Assembly (NCBI GenBank): GCA_034435455.1
Contig: DAOTXL010000128.1
Span: 21,653 to 85,652, forward strand
Source of the DNA: Anaerolineae bacterium
GTDB taxonomy: Bacteria > Chloroflexota > Anaerolineae > JAAYZQ01
Length of the DNA: 64,000 nucleotides
Reading direction: 5' to 3'
Part shown: positions 56,294-64,000 of the stretch, piece after piece
How the letters are laid out: each line of letters starts with the position of its first letter
Position numbering within the stretch: the stretch's first letter is position 1
Position numbers and translations under genes: made by a program
The notes under the pieces: model-generated
Told to the model about the DNA's origin: nothing
The model's input: only the letters and a program-made list of their open reading frames with translations
Database searches by the model: none

Positions 56294-57207
56294 TCCGGTG
56301 GCTGCCGGGTGCGCCCGGTTTGGCGGGATTTCTCCGCGCTCCTGGTAGATCCGGCGGTGGAGGCGGGCGAGGGTTGTCGGGCGGTCCCCCGGCTATGCGG
56401 CGGCCGGGGCTGCAGCATGATGTGTAGCGCCTCCAGCTCTTCTGGTGTGAGCTCCCGCCACCTGCCCGGCGACAGGTTGCCCAGTTCCAGGGGTCCTATG
56501 GCCACCCGGATCAGCCGCAAGGTGGGATGGCCCACCGCAGCCGTCATGTGACGTACCTGGCGCTTGCGGCCCTCGGTCAGCACCAGGCGCAGCCAGGCGG
56601 TAGGCACCGTCTTGCGGAAGCGGATGGGCACGGGACGAGGGGGCAGGGCCGGTTCCCCGGCCAGAAGCTCCACATCGGCAGGGGCCGTTGGCCGCCCCTT
56701 GACGATCACCCCGTTGCGGAGCGCCGCCAGGGCCTGGGCATCGGGGATCCGTTCCACCTGGACCAGATAGGTCTTGGGGTGCCGGTAATGGGGATGCCCC
56801 AGACAGTGGATCAGCCAGCCGTCGTCGGTCAGCAGCACCAGGCCCTCGCTATCCAGGTCGAGGCGACCGGCGGGGTACACGCCGGGCACGTCTACATAGT
56901 TGGCCAGGGTGGGCCGCCCCTCAACGTCGGTGAAGGCACACAGCACGCCATAGGGCTTGTTCAGGATCAGGTAGCGGCAGGTGCGGTCGAGGGGCAGCGG
57001 CCGGCCATCTAGGGTAATCGAGTCACGGAACGGATCGGCACGGGCCTGGGGGTTACGCACCACCTGCCCTCCGATGGCCACCCGTCCACCGCGCACCATC
57101 CCGGCGCACCTGGGGGGAGAACCCAACCCGGCGGCGGCCAGGACGCGGACGAGCGGTTGCCTTCCGGCGATCCGACTCAGGCGCTCTTGGGATTGCCCGG
57201 CTGTCAT
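56290..57207 (-). CDS. rluB: Pseudouridine synthase (RsuA/RluB family) with an S4 domain and an Arg/Pro-rich tail.
   Basis: LDGRPL...RYLILNKPYGVLC...GRLDLDSEGLVLLTDDG motifs. ATG at 57207. Confidence 0.75.
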   Translation of the reverse strand: MTAGQSQERLSRIAGRQPLVRVLAAAGLGSPPRCAGMVRGGRVAIGGQVVRNPQARADPFRDSITLDGRPLPLDRTCRYLILNKPYGVLCAFTDVEGRPTLANYVDVPGVYPAGRLDLDSEGLVLLTDDGWLIHCLGHPHYRHPKTYLVQVERIPDAQALAALRNGVIVKGRPTAPADVELLAGEPALPPRPVPIRFRKTVPTAWLRLVLTEGRKRQVRHMTAAVGHPTLRLIRVAIGPLELGNLSPGRWRELTPEELEALHIMLQPRPPHSRGTARQPSPASTAGSTRSAEKSRQTGRTRQPPD

Positions 57208-57227
57208 TGTTTCCTCGCCCCGTCCGT

Positions 57228-57300
57228 TCTTTACCACGAAGGACACCAAAGTTTTCTCTTGTATTCCTGGTGTCCTTGGTGGTGAAAAGTTGCCCACCTG
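57228..57300. repeat. Short palindromic repeat related to the MITE-like family (ctttaccacgaaggacacc...ggtgtccttggtggtgaaaag).
   Basis: About 85% identical to 17060-17101. Imperfect 20-bp hairpin. Confidence 0.5.
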
Positions 57301-57357
57301 AGTAGCTACGACTATAGCAGGGTTTGGACAGGGTGTCAAACCCGGCCTGGTCCAGAT

Positions 57358-57386
57358 TTGCGACCCCCTGTGGCCTGTGCTATACT
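57358..57386 (+). promoter_or_regulatory. Sigma-70-like promoter (TTGCGA - 17 nt - TATACT) upstream of hpt.
   Basis: ttgcgaccccctgtggcctgtgctatact. Confidence 0.4.
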
Positions 57387-57497
57387 CGGTAAAAGTGCGG
57401 CGCACCTGGGGGAGCAACCTGGGGTTGGGGGTTCCCGGCCCAATGACGTTGCCGATGTGTCGCGCCGGGTCTCGATGGTGGAGGAAAAGGGGCGAGT

Positions 57498-58037
57498 ATG
57501 CAGGCAGAGATCATAGACCACGTTTTGGTGGGTCAGGAGGCCCTGCAGCGGCGGGTAGCCGAGTTGGGACAGGCCATCTCGGCCGACTATGAGGGCAAAG
57601 ATCTGGTGCTGATCTGCGTGCTCAAGGGGGGCGTGGTCTTTTTGACCGAACTGATGCGCCACATCACCATCCCCCACGAAATCGACTTCCTGGCCATCTC
57701 CAGCTATGGCGTCGGGCAGAGGGAGAGCAGCGGCGCGGTGCGCCTGGTCATGGACCTGAAGGCCGACATCGCCGGCCGGGATGTGCTCATTGTCGAGGAT
57801 ATCGTGGACAGTGGGCGGACGATGGACTACCTGTTGCGCCTCTTCTGGGCCAGGCAGCCGGCCAGCCTGCGGGTCTGTACCCTGCTGAACAAGCCCGGCC
57901 GCCGGGTGGTGGATGTGCCGCTCGATTATGTGGGCTTTGACATCCCCGACGAGTTTGTGCTGGGCTATGGCCTGGATTTCGACGAAAAGTACCGTAACCT
58001 GCCGTATGTGGGCGTGCTGAAACGGGAGCACCTGTAA
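57498..58037 (+). CDS. hpt: Hypoxanthine phosphoribosyltransferase.
   Basis: 179 aa with VLIVEDIVDSGRTM PRPP-binding motif. Confidence 0.9.
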   Translation: MQAEIIDHVLVGQEALQRRVAELGQAISADYEGKDLVLICVLKGGVVFLTELMRHITIPHEIDFLAISSYGVGQRESSGAVRLVMDLKADIAGRDVLIVEDIVDSGRTMDYLLRLFWARQPASLRVCTLLNKPGRRVVDVPLDYVGFDIPDEFVLGYGLDFDEKYRNLPYVGVLKREHL

Positions 58038-58049
58038 CGGCTCCCCCTC

Positions 58050-58172
58050 TGGCAGGCCTGAGAGCGAGTCTGAAAAGGTGGTCACACAGGCGGAGGTCAC
58101 AAAAGAACACAAAGGAAATAGCTGAAAACCCTTGGTGTCCTTCGTGTCCTTGGTGGTTTTCAGACAAGCTCT
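58050..58172. repeat. MITE-like palindromic repeat, copy 2 (core 58068-58165), inverted relative to copy 1.
   Basis: See 42519-42640. Confidence 0.6.
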
Positions 58173-58230
58173 GGGACCATCGGTTTAAAGGATCTGCCTT
58201 TTCTGCGGTAAACAGATCACGAGGCGCGCT

Positions 58231-61044
58231 TTGAGGAACCGTTCTGCGCTGATTGCCACCGGCCTGCTCGTGCCCATCATGCTGCTGGCGTTGGGCCTGC
58301 GCCTCTACCGCCTGGACGCCCAGAGCCTGTGGTACGATGAGGGCTTTAGCGTGTATCTGGCGCGCCTGGAGGTGGCCGAAATCACCGCCCGCACCGCTGC
58401 CGACATCCAGCCGCCGCTCTACTATTACCTGCTCCACGCCTGGATCGGCCTGTTTGGCGACAGCGAAGCGGCGGTGCGGGGGCTGTCGGTCCTCTGGGGC
58501 GTGTTCACCGTGCCCTTGATCTACGGGCTGGCCCGCCGGCTTTTCCACAGCCAGCCGGCCGGTCTCCTGGCGGCGTTGCTGGTGGCGGTATCCCCTCCCC
58601 ACGTCTGGTATGGCCAGGAGGCGCGGATGTACACCCTCCTCACCTTCCTCTGCCTGCTGTCGAGCTATTGGTTGTTGCTGATTGTGCAGCGTCTCCCCCC
58701 TTACCAACCGGGGGGAAGGGGGGGGAGCCTCCTCTGGCCAGCCTTTACCCTGACCAATATCGCTGCCCTCTACACTCACTATTTTGCCGTGTTCGTGCTG
58801 GCTTTTCAGGGGCTGTATCTGCTGCTGGTGTGGCTGCGGCAGCGTTGCCCGAGGCAGCTCATCCTGGCCGGCCTGGCCTCCGGCGCGGCGACGGTCCTGG
58901 CCTATCTGCCGTGGCTGCCTTTCCTGCTCACCCGCTACCGCGCCGATGTGAGCTACCTGCCCGGCCAGCTCAAGCTCTCGGAAGCCCTCCTCGACATCGC
59001 CCTCTTTTTCACCGGCGGCGAATCGGTCCCAGAGCCGATCGGCATCCTCCTGGCCACCGGTTGCGCCCTAGTCTTGTTGCTGTGCCTGTATCCAATATCC
59101 AATATCCAAGACCCAAGACCCAATACCCACTATCCACTCCTTTTTCTCTTTCTCTACCTCCTTCTCCCTCCTGCCCTGATCCTGGCCCTGGCCTACCGTT
59201 CGCCCAAGTTCAACGCCCGCTACGTGTTGCTCTCTCACCCGGCGCTGTTGCTTCTCCTGGCAGGGGGGCTGGCTGCCCTGTGGCAGAGGCGGCGTAGCTA
59301 TCTGGGCAACCTGTTCCGCTGGACGGTGGCCGGCCTGTCGCTGGCGTTTCTGCTGGGGGTGGCGGCCTATGCCGATCACAACGCCTACACCGATCCGGCC
59401 GTCGCCCGCGCCGATTTTCGCGGCGCGGCCCGTTACGTGCGCAAGCAGATGGAACCGGACGAAGCGGTCATCCTCTGTTCAGGCCACATGTTCCCCGCCT
59501 TTGACTATTACGCGCGCGGCCTGGAGCGCTACCTGCTGCCCGACAGCCCCACGCTGGACACAACCCGCACCCTGGACTATTCCATCGCCGGGGACCTCAA
59601 CCGCTGGCTGTCCGGCCGGGGGGGCGTGTGGCTGGTGTTGTGGCAGGATGAGGTGGTGGACCCGGTGGGCTATCTGCCGGCCATGCTGGGTGAGGTGGGG
59701 CAGGAGCAGCCGGTCCGGCGGACCTTTACCGGGGTGCGGCTGCGGCACTACCTCCTGCCGGCCACAGCCCACTTTGCGCAACCCACCATCGCCCACCCCA
59801 CCGATGTCAACTTTGGCAACCGGCTGCGCCTGTTGGGGTATACGCAAAGCGGCGATCAACAGGTGACCCTCTTTTGGCAGGCGTTGCAGGGGCTGGATCA
59901 GGATTACCGCATCTCTTTGACGCTGCGGGATGCCGCCGGCCAGGTTTGGGGCCGGTGGGATGGCCGCCCCACCGCCTATCTCTATCCCACCACCCGTTGG
60001 CGGGTCGGGCAGATTGTCCCTGGCCGCTACGACCTGATCCCAATGCCCGGCACCCCCCCCGGCGACTATGGCCTGGAGGTGGGGGTCTATGCCGAAGCCG
60101 AACCGGCCGGTCTGGACGTGCTGGACGAGGCCGGTGCCCCCCAGGGCAGGCGGGTGGTGTTGGGCGCGGTGCGGCTATCGGTCCCGGCGGTCACAGCCGA
60201 CCAGGTGGAGGTCCCTCATCCGCTTCGCGCCGACGTAGGGGGCGGGCTGCTGCTCCTGGGGTGGGACCTGGATCGGGCCGAGGCGCAGCCGGGCGATCGC
60301 CTGCGGCTGGCCCTGGTCTGGGCGGTAACCTCCCCGCCGCAGGGCGACTATCAGGTGCAGGTTTTTCTCACCGATGCAGCGGGCCAGACGGTGGAGGCCG
60401 GCACCTTCCCGCCGACCAACTCCTGGCACCCTACCCGCATCTGGCTGGCGGGACAGGCCTGGCGCGGGCAGAGCAGCTTCCGTCTGCCGATCCAAACCCA
60501 GGCGGGCCAGGCACGCCTGGGGATCCGGTTGGTGGATACCGGCGGCGCGGCCCTCGGCCCGGCCGTCGAGTTAACAACCCTTCAGGTGTTGTCCACCGAC
60601 CGCCTTTTCAGCCCTCCCCGCCCCCAGGTGCGGCGCCTGACGAATCTGGGCGACCAGATCACCTTGCTGGGCGCCGACCTGCCTGCCGGGCCGGTAGCGC
60701 CGGGAGGCACCCTGTCGGTCACCCTCTACTGGCAGGCCCGGACCGAGATGGATGTGCCCTACACCGCCTTTGTCCACCTGTTGGGAACGGACGGACGGGT
60801 GGTGGCCGGCCATGATGGTGAGCCGGTCGGCGGCACACGGCCCACTACCGGCTGGGTGCCGGGCGAGTATATCGCCGACCTGCACCAGGTGCCCATCCCC
60901 GCCGGGCTGGCACCGGGCGAGTATGTGATCGAGGTCGGGCTTTACGATGCCGGCGTGCCGGGCCTGCCCCGTCTGCCGGTGCTGGATGAGGAAGGGCAGC
61001 CAGCGGCCGACCGGGTGATCTTGGGCCCGGTGCCGATCCGGTAG
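58231..61044 (+). CDS. GT39 / PMT_2-like (ArnT-like) membrane glycosyltransferase with three C-terminal repeated beta-rich domains (937 aa).
   Basis: N-terminal polytopic domain with a DEGF-like motif (WYDEGFSVY). C-terminal repeats share LLGY...L(F/Y)WQA. TTG start at 58231; an alternative ATG lies at 58279. Confidence 0.7.
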   Translation: MRNRSALIATGLLVPIMLLALGLRLYRLDAQSLWYDEGFSVYLARLEVAEITARTAADIQPPLYYYLLHAWIGLFGDSEAAVRGLSVLWGVFTVPLIYGLARRLFHSQPAGLLAALLVAVSPPHVWYGQEARMYTLLTFLCLLSSYWLLLIVQRLPPYQPGGRGGSLLWPAFTLTNIAALYTHYFAVFVLAFQGLYLLLVWLRQRCPRQLILAGLASGAATVLAYLPWLPFLLTRYRADVSYLPGQLKLSEALLDIALFFTGGESVPEPIGILLATGCALVLLLCLYPISNIQDPRPNTHYPLLFLFLYLLLPPALILALAYRSPKFNARYVLLSHPALLLLLAGGLAALWQRRRSYLGNLFRWTVAGLSLAFLLGVAAYADHNAYTDPAVARADFRGAARYVRKQMEPDEAVILCSGHMFPAFDYYARGLERYLLPDSPTLDTTRTLDYSIAGDLNRWLSGRGGVWLVLWQDEVVDPVGYLPAMLGEVGQEQPVRRTFTGVRLRHYLLPATAHFAQPTIAHPTDVNFGNRLRLLGYTQSGDQQVTLFWQALQGLDQDYRISLTLRDAAGQVWGRWDGRPTAYLYPTTRWRVGQIVPGRYDLIPMPGTPPGDYGLEVGVYAEAEPAGLDVLDEAGAPQGRRVVLGAVRLSVPAVTADQVEVPHPLRADVGGGLLLLGWDLDRAEAQPGDRLRLALVWAVTSPPQGDYQVQVFLTDAAGQTVEAGTFPPTNSWHPTRIWLAGQAWRGQSSFRLPIQTQAGQARLGIRLVDTGGAALGPAVELTTLQVLSTDRLFSPPRPQVRRLTNLGDQITLLGADLPAGPVAPGGTLSVTLYWQARTEMDVPYTAFVHLLGTDGRVVAGHDGEPVGGTRPTTGWVPGEYIADLHQVPIPAGLAPGEYVIEVGLYDAGVPGLPRLPVLDEEGQPAADRVILGPVPIR

Positions 61045-61056
61045 CGCAGGCCGGCC

Positions 61057-63105
61057 CTACGGTTGCTTCCCCGGGGCCTGCAGGGTTGCAAACTGGTCGG
61101 CTACCTGCAGGGTGGTCAGCCACAGCAACGTGTCGCCGTGGACCAGGGGGAGTGACTGCAGCGCGCTCTGCACCACCGGCCGTACCCGTTTCTCCACCTC
61201 CCAGAACCCCGGACCCTCCACAACGCCGACCGCCACGCCGAATTGCCTGGGGGTCTCCAGGTCCCAGTGGTAGGTCTCGGTACGGATCACCCCGGCCGGG
61301 GACCAGCGGGAGGGCGGGTACCAGACCGATTCGACAAACTCCATCTCGGTGCCGGCCAGCGGCTGCCCGGAAGGGTCGGTCTGGACGAAGAACAGCCGCA
61401 GGTCGCGCTCCACCGACTGCGTAGCCTGCCAGTACAGGACCAGATAGGCCCGGGGAATGATGGGCCGTTCCCACACCAAGTCGTAGCCGATGAGCCGCAA
61501 TTCGCCAAAATCCACGGCTACTTTTACCTGGGGCGTTGGCCTGTCGGCACGGGCGAAATCGTAGAAAGGGTCGGGGATGGTCGGCTGATGCAACCCGCGC
61601 TCCAGGAGCAGGTAGCGGTAGCGGCCATCGCGCACCCCATATTTGCCGCTTTGCAATTGGCGTTGGATGGCATCGTAGCGATCCCTGGCATGAAAGGGCG
61701 CGTCGCGGTAAAAGACGTCCACAAGAATATAATCTGCATCCTGCTGCTCTGGATAGAGGTACAGGCTCTCGCGGTGGCTGAGGCGGGGATCGGGATACAC
61801 GTCGGACGAGACGCTCCCCTCCGGGGGGAGCTGCCGGATGATCGCCTTGAGGGCGGCCTGGCGCGCCGATGGCGGGGCCAGGTAAAAGTCGCGGCTGAAG
61901 GGCAGGAAGCCATGCTGCCGCTGGGCGATCAGGGCGGCGACCAGGGCCAGCCCGGCCAGGAAGGCAGCCACGGCTGTCGGCGGGTTCAGCGGTTGCCGGC
62001 GGGCCGGCAGGCTGCGCTTCAGCAGGCCGCCTGCCCGGTGGGCCAGAAAAGCGGTGCCATCCAGGGCACCGACGACGACAAAGGGCACGATCGCCACGGC
62101 ATATTGAAAAAAGCTGACCGTGCTGTGTTGGGGGGGAGCGGCACTCAGGGCGTTGAGGACCAGGGCCGGCAGGGCCAGCAGCAACATCGGCAGGCCCAGC
62201 AGCGAGAGGTAGGCCACCGGCCCCAGCAGCCGGGCCAGATAGGCGGGGCCGGTCTGGCTGACCAGGCGCTGCCAGACCAGGCCGGGATGGGTGAGCACCT
62301 GCACCACAATCTCCTGGCCGCTGTTGCCCAGCCAATCGTAGTAGCGGGAGAAGTAATGGGATTGGCCCTGGGGATTAAAGTGGGGGATGACGACGAACAC
62401 GGTCAGGGCAAACCACAGGGCGCTGAGGGCAGCCGTGGCTGCGCCCGCCGCCCGCTGCCGGTGGATGAAAAAGGCATAGAGGCCCATGCCAAAGGTGGTC
62501 AGGGGCATGACCTCTTTGGTGCTCATGGCCAGCAGGATAAAGAGGAGGAAAAGGGCAGTTTTCCGTCGGCGCATGGCGTAGAGGGCGTACAGGAGCAGGG
62601 GGGTGGCCAGGGCGCTGGGGTGGAACTCGAAGGCGTTGGCCGAGTGGAGGGCCGGCTGAAGCAGATAGGCGGCGGCAAAGGCCAGAGCCGAAAGCTGGAT
62701 CGGCCAGGAGGGCGCAGGCCTCTGGTCGGCGGTCGGTCGGCCTGGGCCGGCTGCCTGGAGCGCATCGCAGGCCAGCCGGTAAACCGGCACGGCCCCCAGG
62801 GCCAGGCCGAGCGTCTGGATGAGCAGCAGCATCTTCTGATCCGGCCAGAGGAGGTAGAGGAGGGAGAGGGGCAACAGGATCGGCTCCACGTGATCGGCCA
62901 GCAGCACCTCCCAGCCGGGCTCAAAGGTGGAGCGGAACCAGCGGCCGTGGATGGTATTCCACAGCGTCTGATCGTAGATGGCCAGGTCAAACCCACGGGT
63001 CTGACAGCGGGCGTCAGCCGTCAGTGTATACCAGCCGAAATAGAAAATATAGAGGGCGATCAGCGCCCCCAGAACAAACAGCGGCCATCGCCGGCGGTTC
63101 GACAT
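61057..63105 (-). CDS. DUF2079-like polytopic membrane protein with a C-terminal repeat domain related to the GT39 gene's repeats (682 aa).
   Basis: Membrane N-terminal domain. C-terminal LRLIGYDLVWERP...LVLYWQA motif. Confidence 0.6.
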   Translation of the reverse strand: MSNRRRWPLFVLGALIALYIFYFGWYTLTADARCQTRGFDLAIYDQTLWNTIHGRWFRSTFEPGWEVLLADHVEPILLPLSLLYLLWPDQKMLLLIQTLGLALGAVPVYRLACDALQAAGPGRPTADQRPAPSWPIQLSALAFAAAYLLQPALHSANAFEFHPSALATPLLLYALYAMRRRKTALFLLFILLAMSTKEVMPLTTFGMGLYAFFIHRQRAAGAATAALSALWFALTVFVVIPHFNPQGQSHYFSRYYDWLGNSGQEIVVQVLTHPGLVWQRLVSQTGPAYLARLLGPVAYLSLLGLPMLLLALPALVLNALSAAPPQHSTVSFFQYAVAIVPFVVVGALDGTAFLAHRAGGLLKRSLPARRQPLNPPTAVAAFLAGLALVAALIAQRQHGFLPFSRDFYLAPPSARQAALKAIIRQLPPEGSVSSDVYPDPRLSHRESLYLYPEQQDADYILVDVFYRDAPFHARDRYDAIQRQLQSGKYGVRDGRYRYLLLERGLHQPTIPDPFYDFARADRPTPQVKVAVDFGELRLIGYDLVWERPIIPRAYLVLYWQATQSVERDLRLFFVQTDPSGQPLAGTEMEFVESVWYPPSRWSPAGVIRTETYHWDLETPRQFGVAVGVVEGPGFWEVEKRVRPVVQSALQSLPLVHGDTLLWLTTLQVADQFATLQAPGKQP

Positions 63106-63244
63106 AAAGGCACTCCTGGTCTGGTTGTCGAGCAGGCCCATTATAGGGCTTTTTGGCCGCCGGTGCCAGTTTTTGCACCTGTCTTGCAGCGGTGCGGGGA
63201 GGGCAGGGAGAGCCTGCGGTTCAGGTCACAGACCGGTTTCCTTT

Positions 63245-63272
63245 TTGCAGCCGGGGCCAACCTGAGTATAAT
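63245..63272 (+). promoter_or_regulatory. Sigma-70-like promoter (TTGCAG - 16 nt - TATAAT) for the fmdB-like gene.
   Basis: ttgcagccggggccaacctgagtataat. Confidence 0.45.
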
Positions 63273-63310
63273 AGGGCGGTGAAAAAGGAAGCAGCGGGAG
63301 GTGATGGAAG

Positions 63311-63589
63311 ATGCCAATCTACTTGTACCAATGCGACTCATGTGGTGTGCGTTTTGAGCGGATGCAGCACATGACCGATGCTCCCCTGACCGACTGCCCG
63401 GAGTGTGACGGTCAGGTCCATCGCGTGGTCCAACCGGTGGGTGTTATCTTCAAGGGATCGGGCTTCTATGTCACCGACAACCGCCGTAGCTCGTCGGCCA
63501 CCCTGGGCACGACCCGGGAGAAAAAGGAAGCGGGGAGCAGCGGGGAAACCGCCGCCGGGACATCTGCCTCGACAGATAGCGCAGAGTAG
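63311..63589 (+). CDS. FmdB-family zinc-ribbon regulatory protein.
   Basis: MPIYLYQCDSCGVRFE...CPECDG CxxC-x-CxxC zinc ribbon. Confidence 0.75.
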   Translation: MPIYLYQCDSCGVRFERMQHMTDAPLTDCPECDGQVHRVVQPVGVIFKGSGFYVTDNRRSSSATLGTTREKKEAGSSGETAAGTSASTDSAE

Positions 63590-63602
63590 AAATCGGTTTT
63601 GA

Positions 63603-63642
63603 ACCTCCCGCAGGGCAGGGGCTCTGCGGGAGGTTTTTTTAT
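63603..63642. terminator. Rho-independent terminator, probably bidirectional.
   Basis: CCTCCCGCAG-gggcagggg-CTGCGGGAGG hairpin followed by TTTTTTT. Sits between convergent genes. Confidence 0.6.
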
Positions 63643-63941
63643 ATCTGGAACCGGCCGCTGGCCGGCACCACCTTGTACTGGAAATTGGTCACATATTCCA
63701 GCAAGCGGGCTTTGAGCTCTGCCCATTGGGGGCTGTCCAGGATCTCCCGCACCTTATCCACGCTGTCGGCCACGCCGGCGGTCATGATCTGCGGCGCATC
63801 GCCGTACAGGGTGTACCATGCTTCGGTTGGCTGCCAGCCCATCTTCATCAGGGCCGGGGCAAAGGTCTGCATGGCGAACTCAAAGTAGGATTGCTCTTTG
63901 CCGGGACGGATGTCCCAACTCATCAACAGTTTGATGGCCAC
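63639..63941 (-). CDS. Hypothetical small protein (100 aa).
   Basis: ORF with plausible codon usage. No family recognised. Confidence 0.4.
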   Translation of the reverse strand: MAIKLLMSWDIRPGKEQSYFEFAMQTFAPALMKMGWQPTEAWYTLYGDAPQIMTAGVADSVDKVREILDSPQWAELKARLLEYVTNFQYKVVPASGRFQI

Positions 63942-64000
63942 GATGTTTCAAATCCTCCCTGTTCTAAAAGGTTTGTCCAGCCTTTAGAGCTCGTCTGAAA

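Noticed and set aside
56130-56420. Possible overlapping gene encoded in the Pro/Arg-rich tails of the convergent GH99-like and rluB genes.
   Set aside because: Both tails are low-complexity ends of their own genes and overlap by only 4 nt.
59088-59118. Microsatellite-like ccaatatccaatatccaagacccaagaccc inside the GT39 gene.
   Set aside because: It stays in frame (encoding ISNIQDPRPN) within a loop of a membrane protein. Probably just a small coding repeat, not a separate element.

Overview
High-GC (about 65-68%) bacterial chromosomal window. Long lipoprotein linkers on the ABC substrate-binding proteins and frequent TTG/GTG starts suggest a monoderm, Chloroflexi-like organism (inference). 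About 60 protein genes are densely packed, mostly on the minus strand.

Gene content, in order:
- 1-3.9 kb: a selenium/sulfur-related cluster on the minus strand: YedE/YeeE permease, YedF/TusA-like protein, class V cysteine desulfurase / selenocysteine-lyase-like enzyme, Mop molbindin, a pair of tandem hairpins, a 92-nt class-II tRNA-like gene with a GCA anticodon, and the N-terminal half of selB (cut by the window edge).
- 4.3-20 kb: housekeeping genes (xseAB, coaBC, coaX, gcvPA/gcvPB, rmlC, prs, rsfS, thpR and others).
- 20-39 kb: two family-5 peptide ABC transporter operons.
- 28-31 kb: a cytochrome bc-type complex (two paralogous c-type cytochromes, Rieske protein, cytochrome b).
- 40-44 kb: kbl and tdh (threonine to glycine).
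- 44-45 kb: a GT2 glycosyltransferase interrupted by an in-frame TGA.
- 45-49 kb: an MttB-family methyltransferase plus MFS and AEC transporters.
- 51-55 kb: a cAMP signalling module (REC-GAF-PAS adenylate cyclase, MBL-fold phosphodiesterase-like protein, REC-GAF regulator).
- 55-63 kb: rluB, hpt, and large GT39 and DUF2079 membrane proteins.

Observations most worth follow-up:
1. The unusual tRNA-like gene (GCA anticodon, U73-type discriminator, long variable arm, 6-bp anticodon stem) sits 11 nt upstream of selB.
2. A 70-nt two-hairpin RNA motif is duplicated about 65 nt upstream of two unrelated genes, with compensatory base-pair changes.
3. Several duplicated non-coding element families: paralogous SBP leaders and MITE-like palindromic repeats.
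4. Both c-type cytochromes carry a conserved CX4CH second motif.
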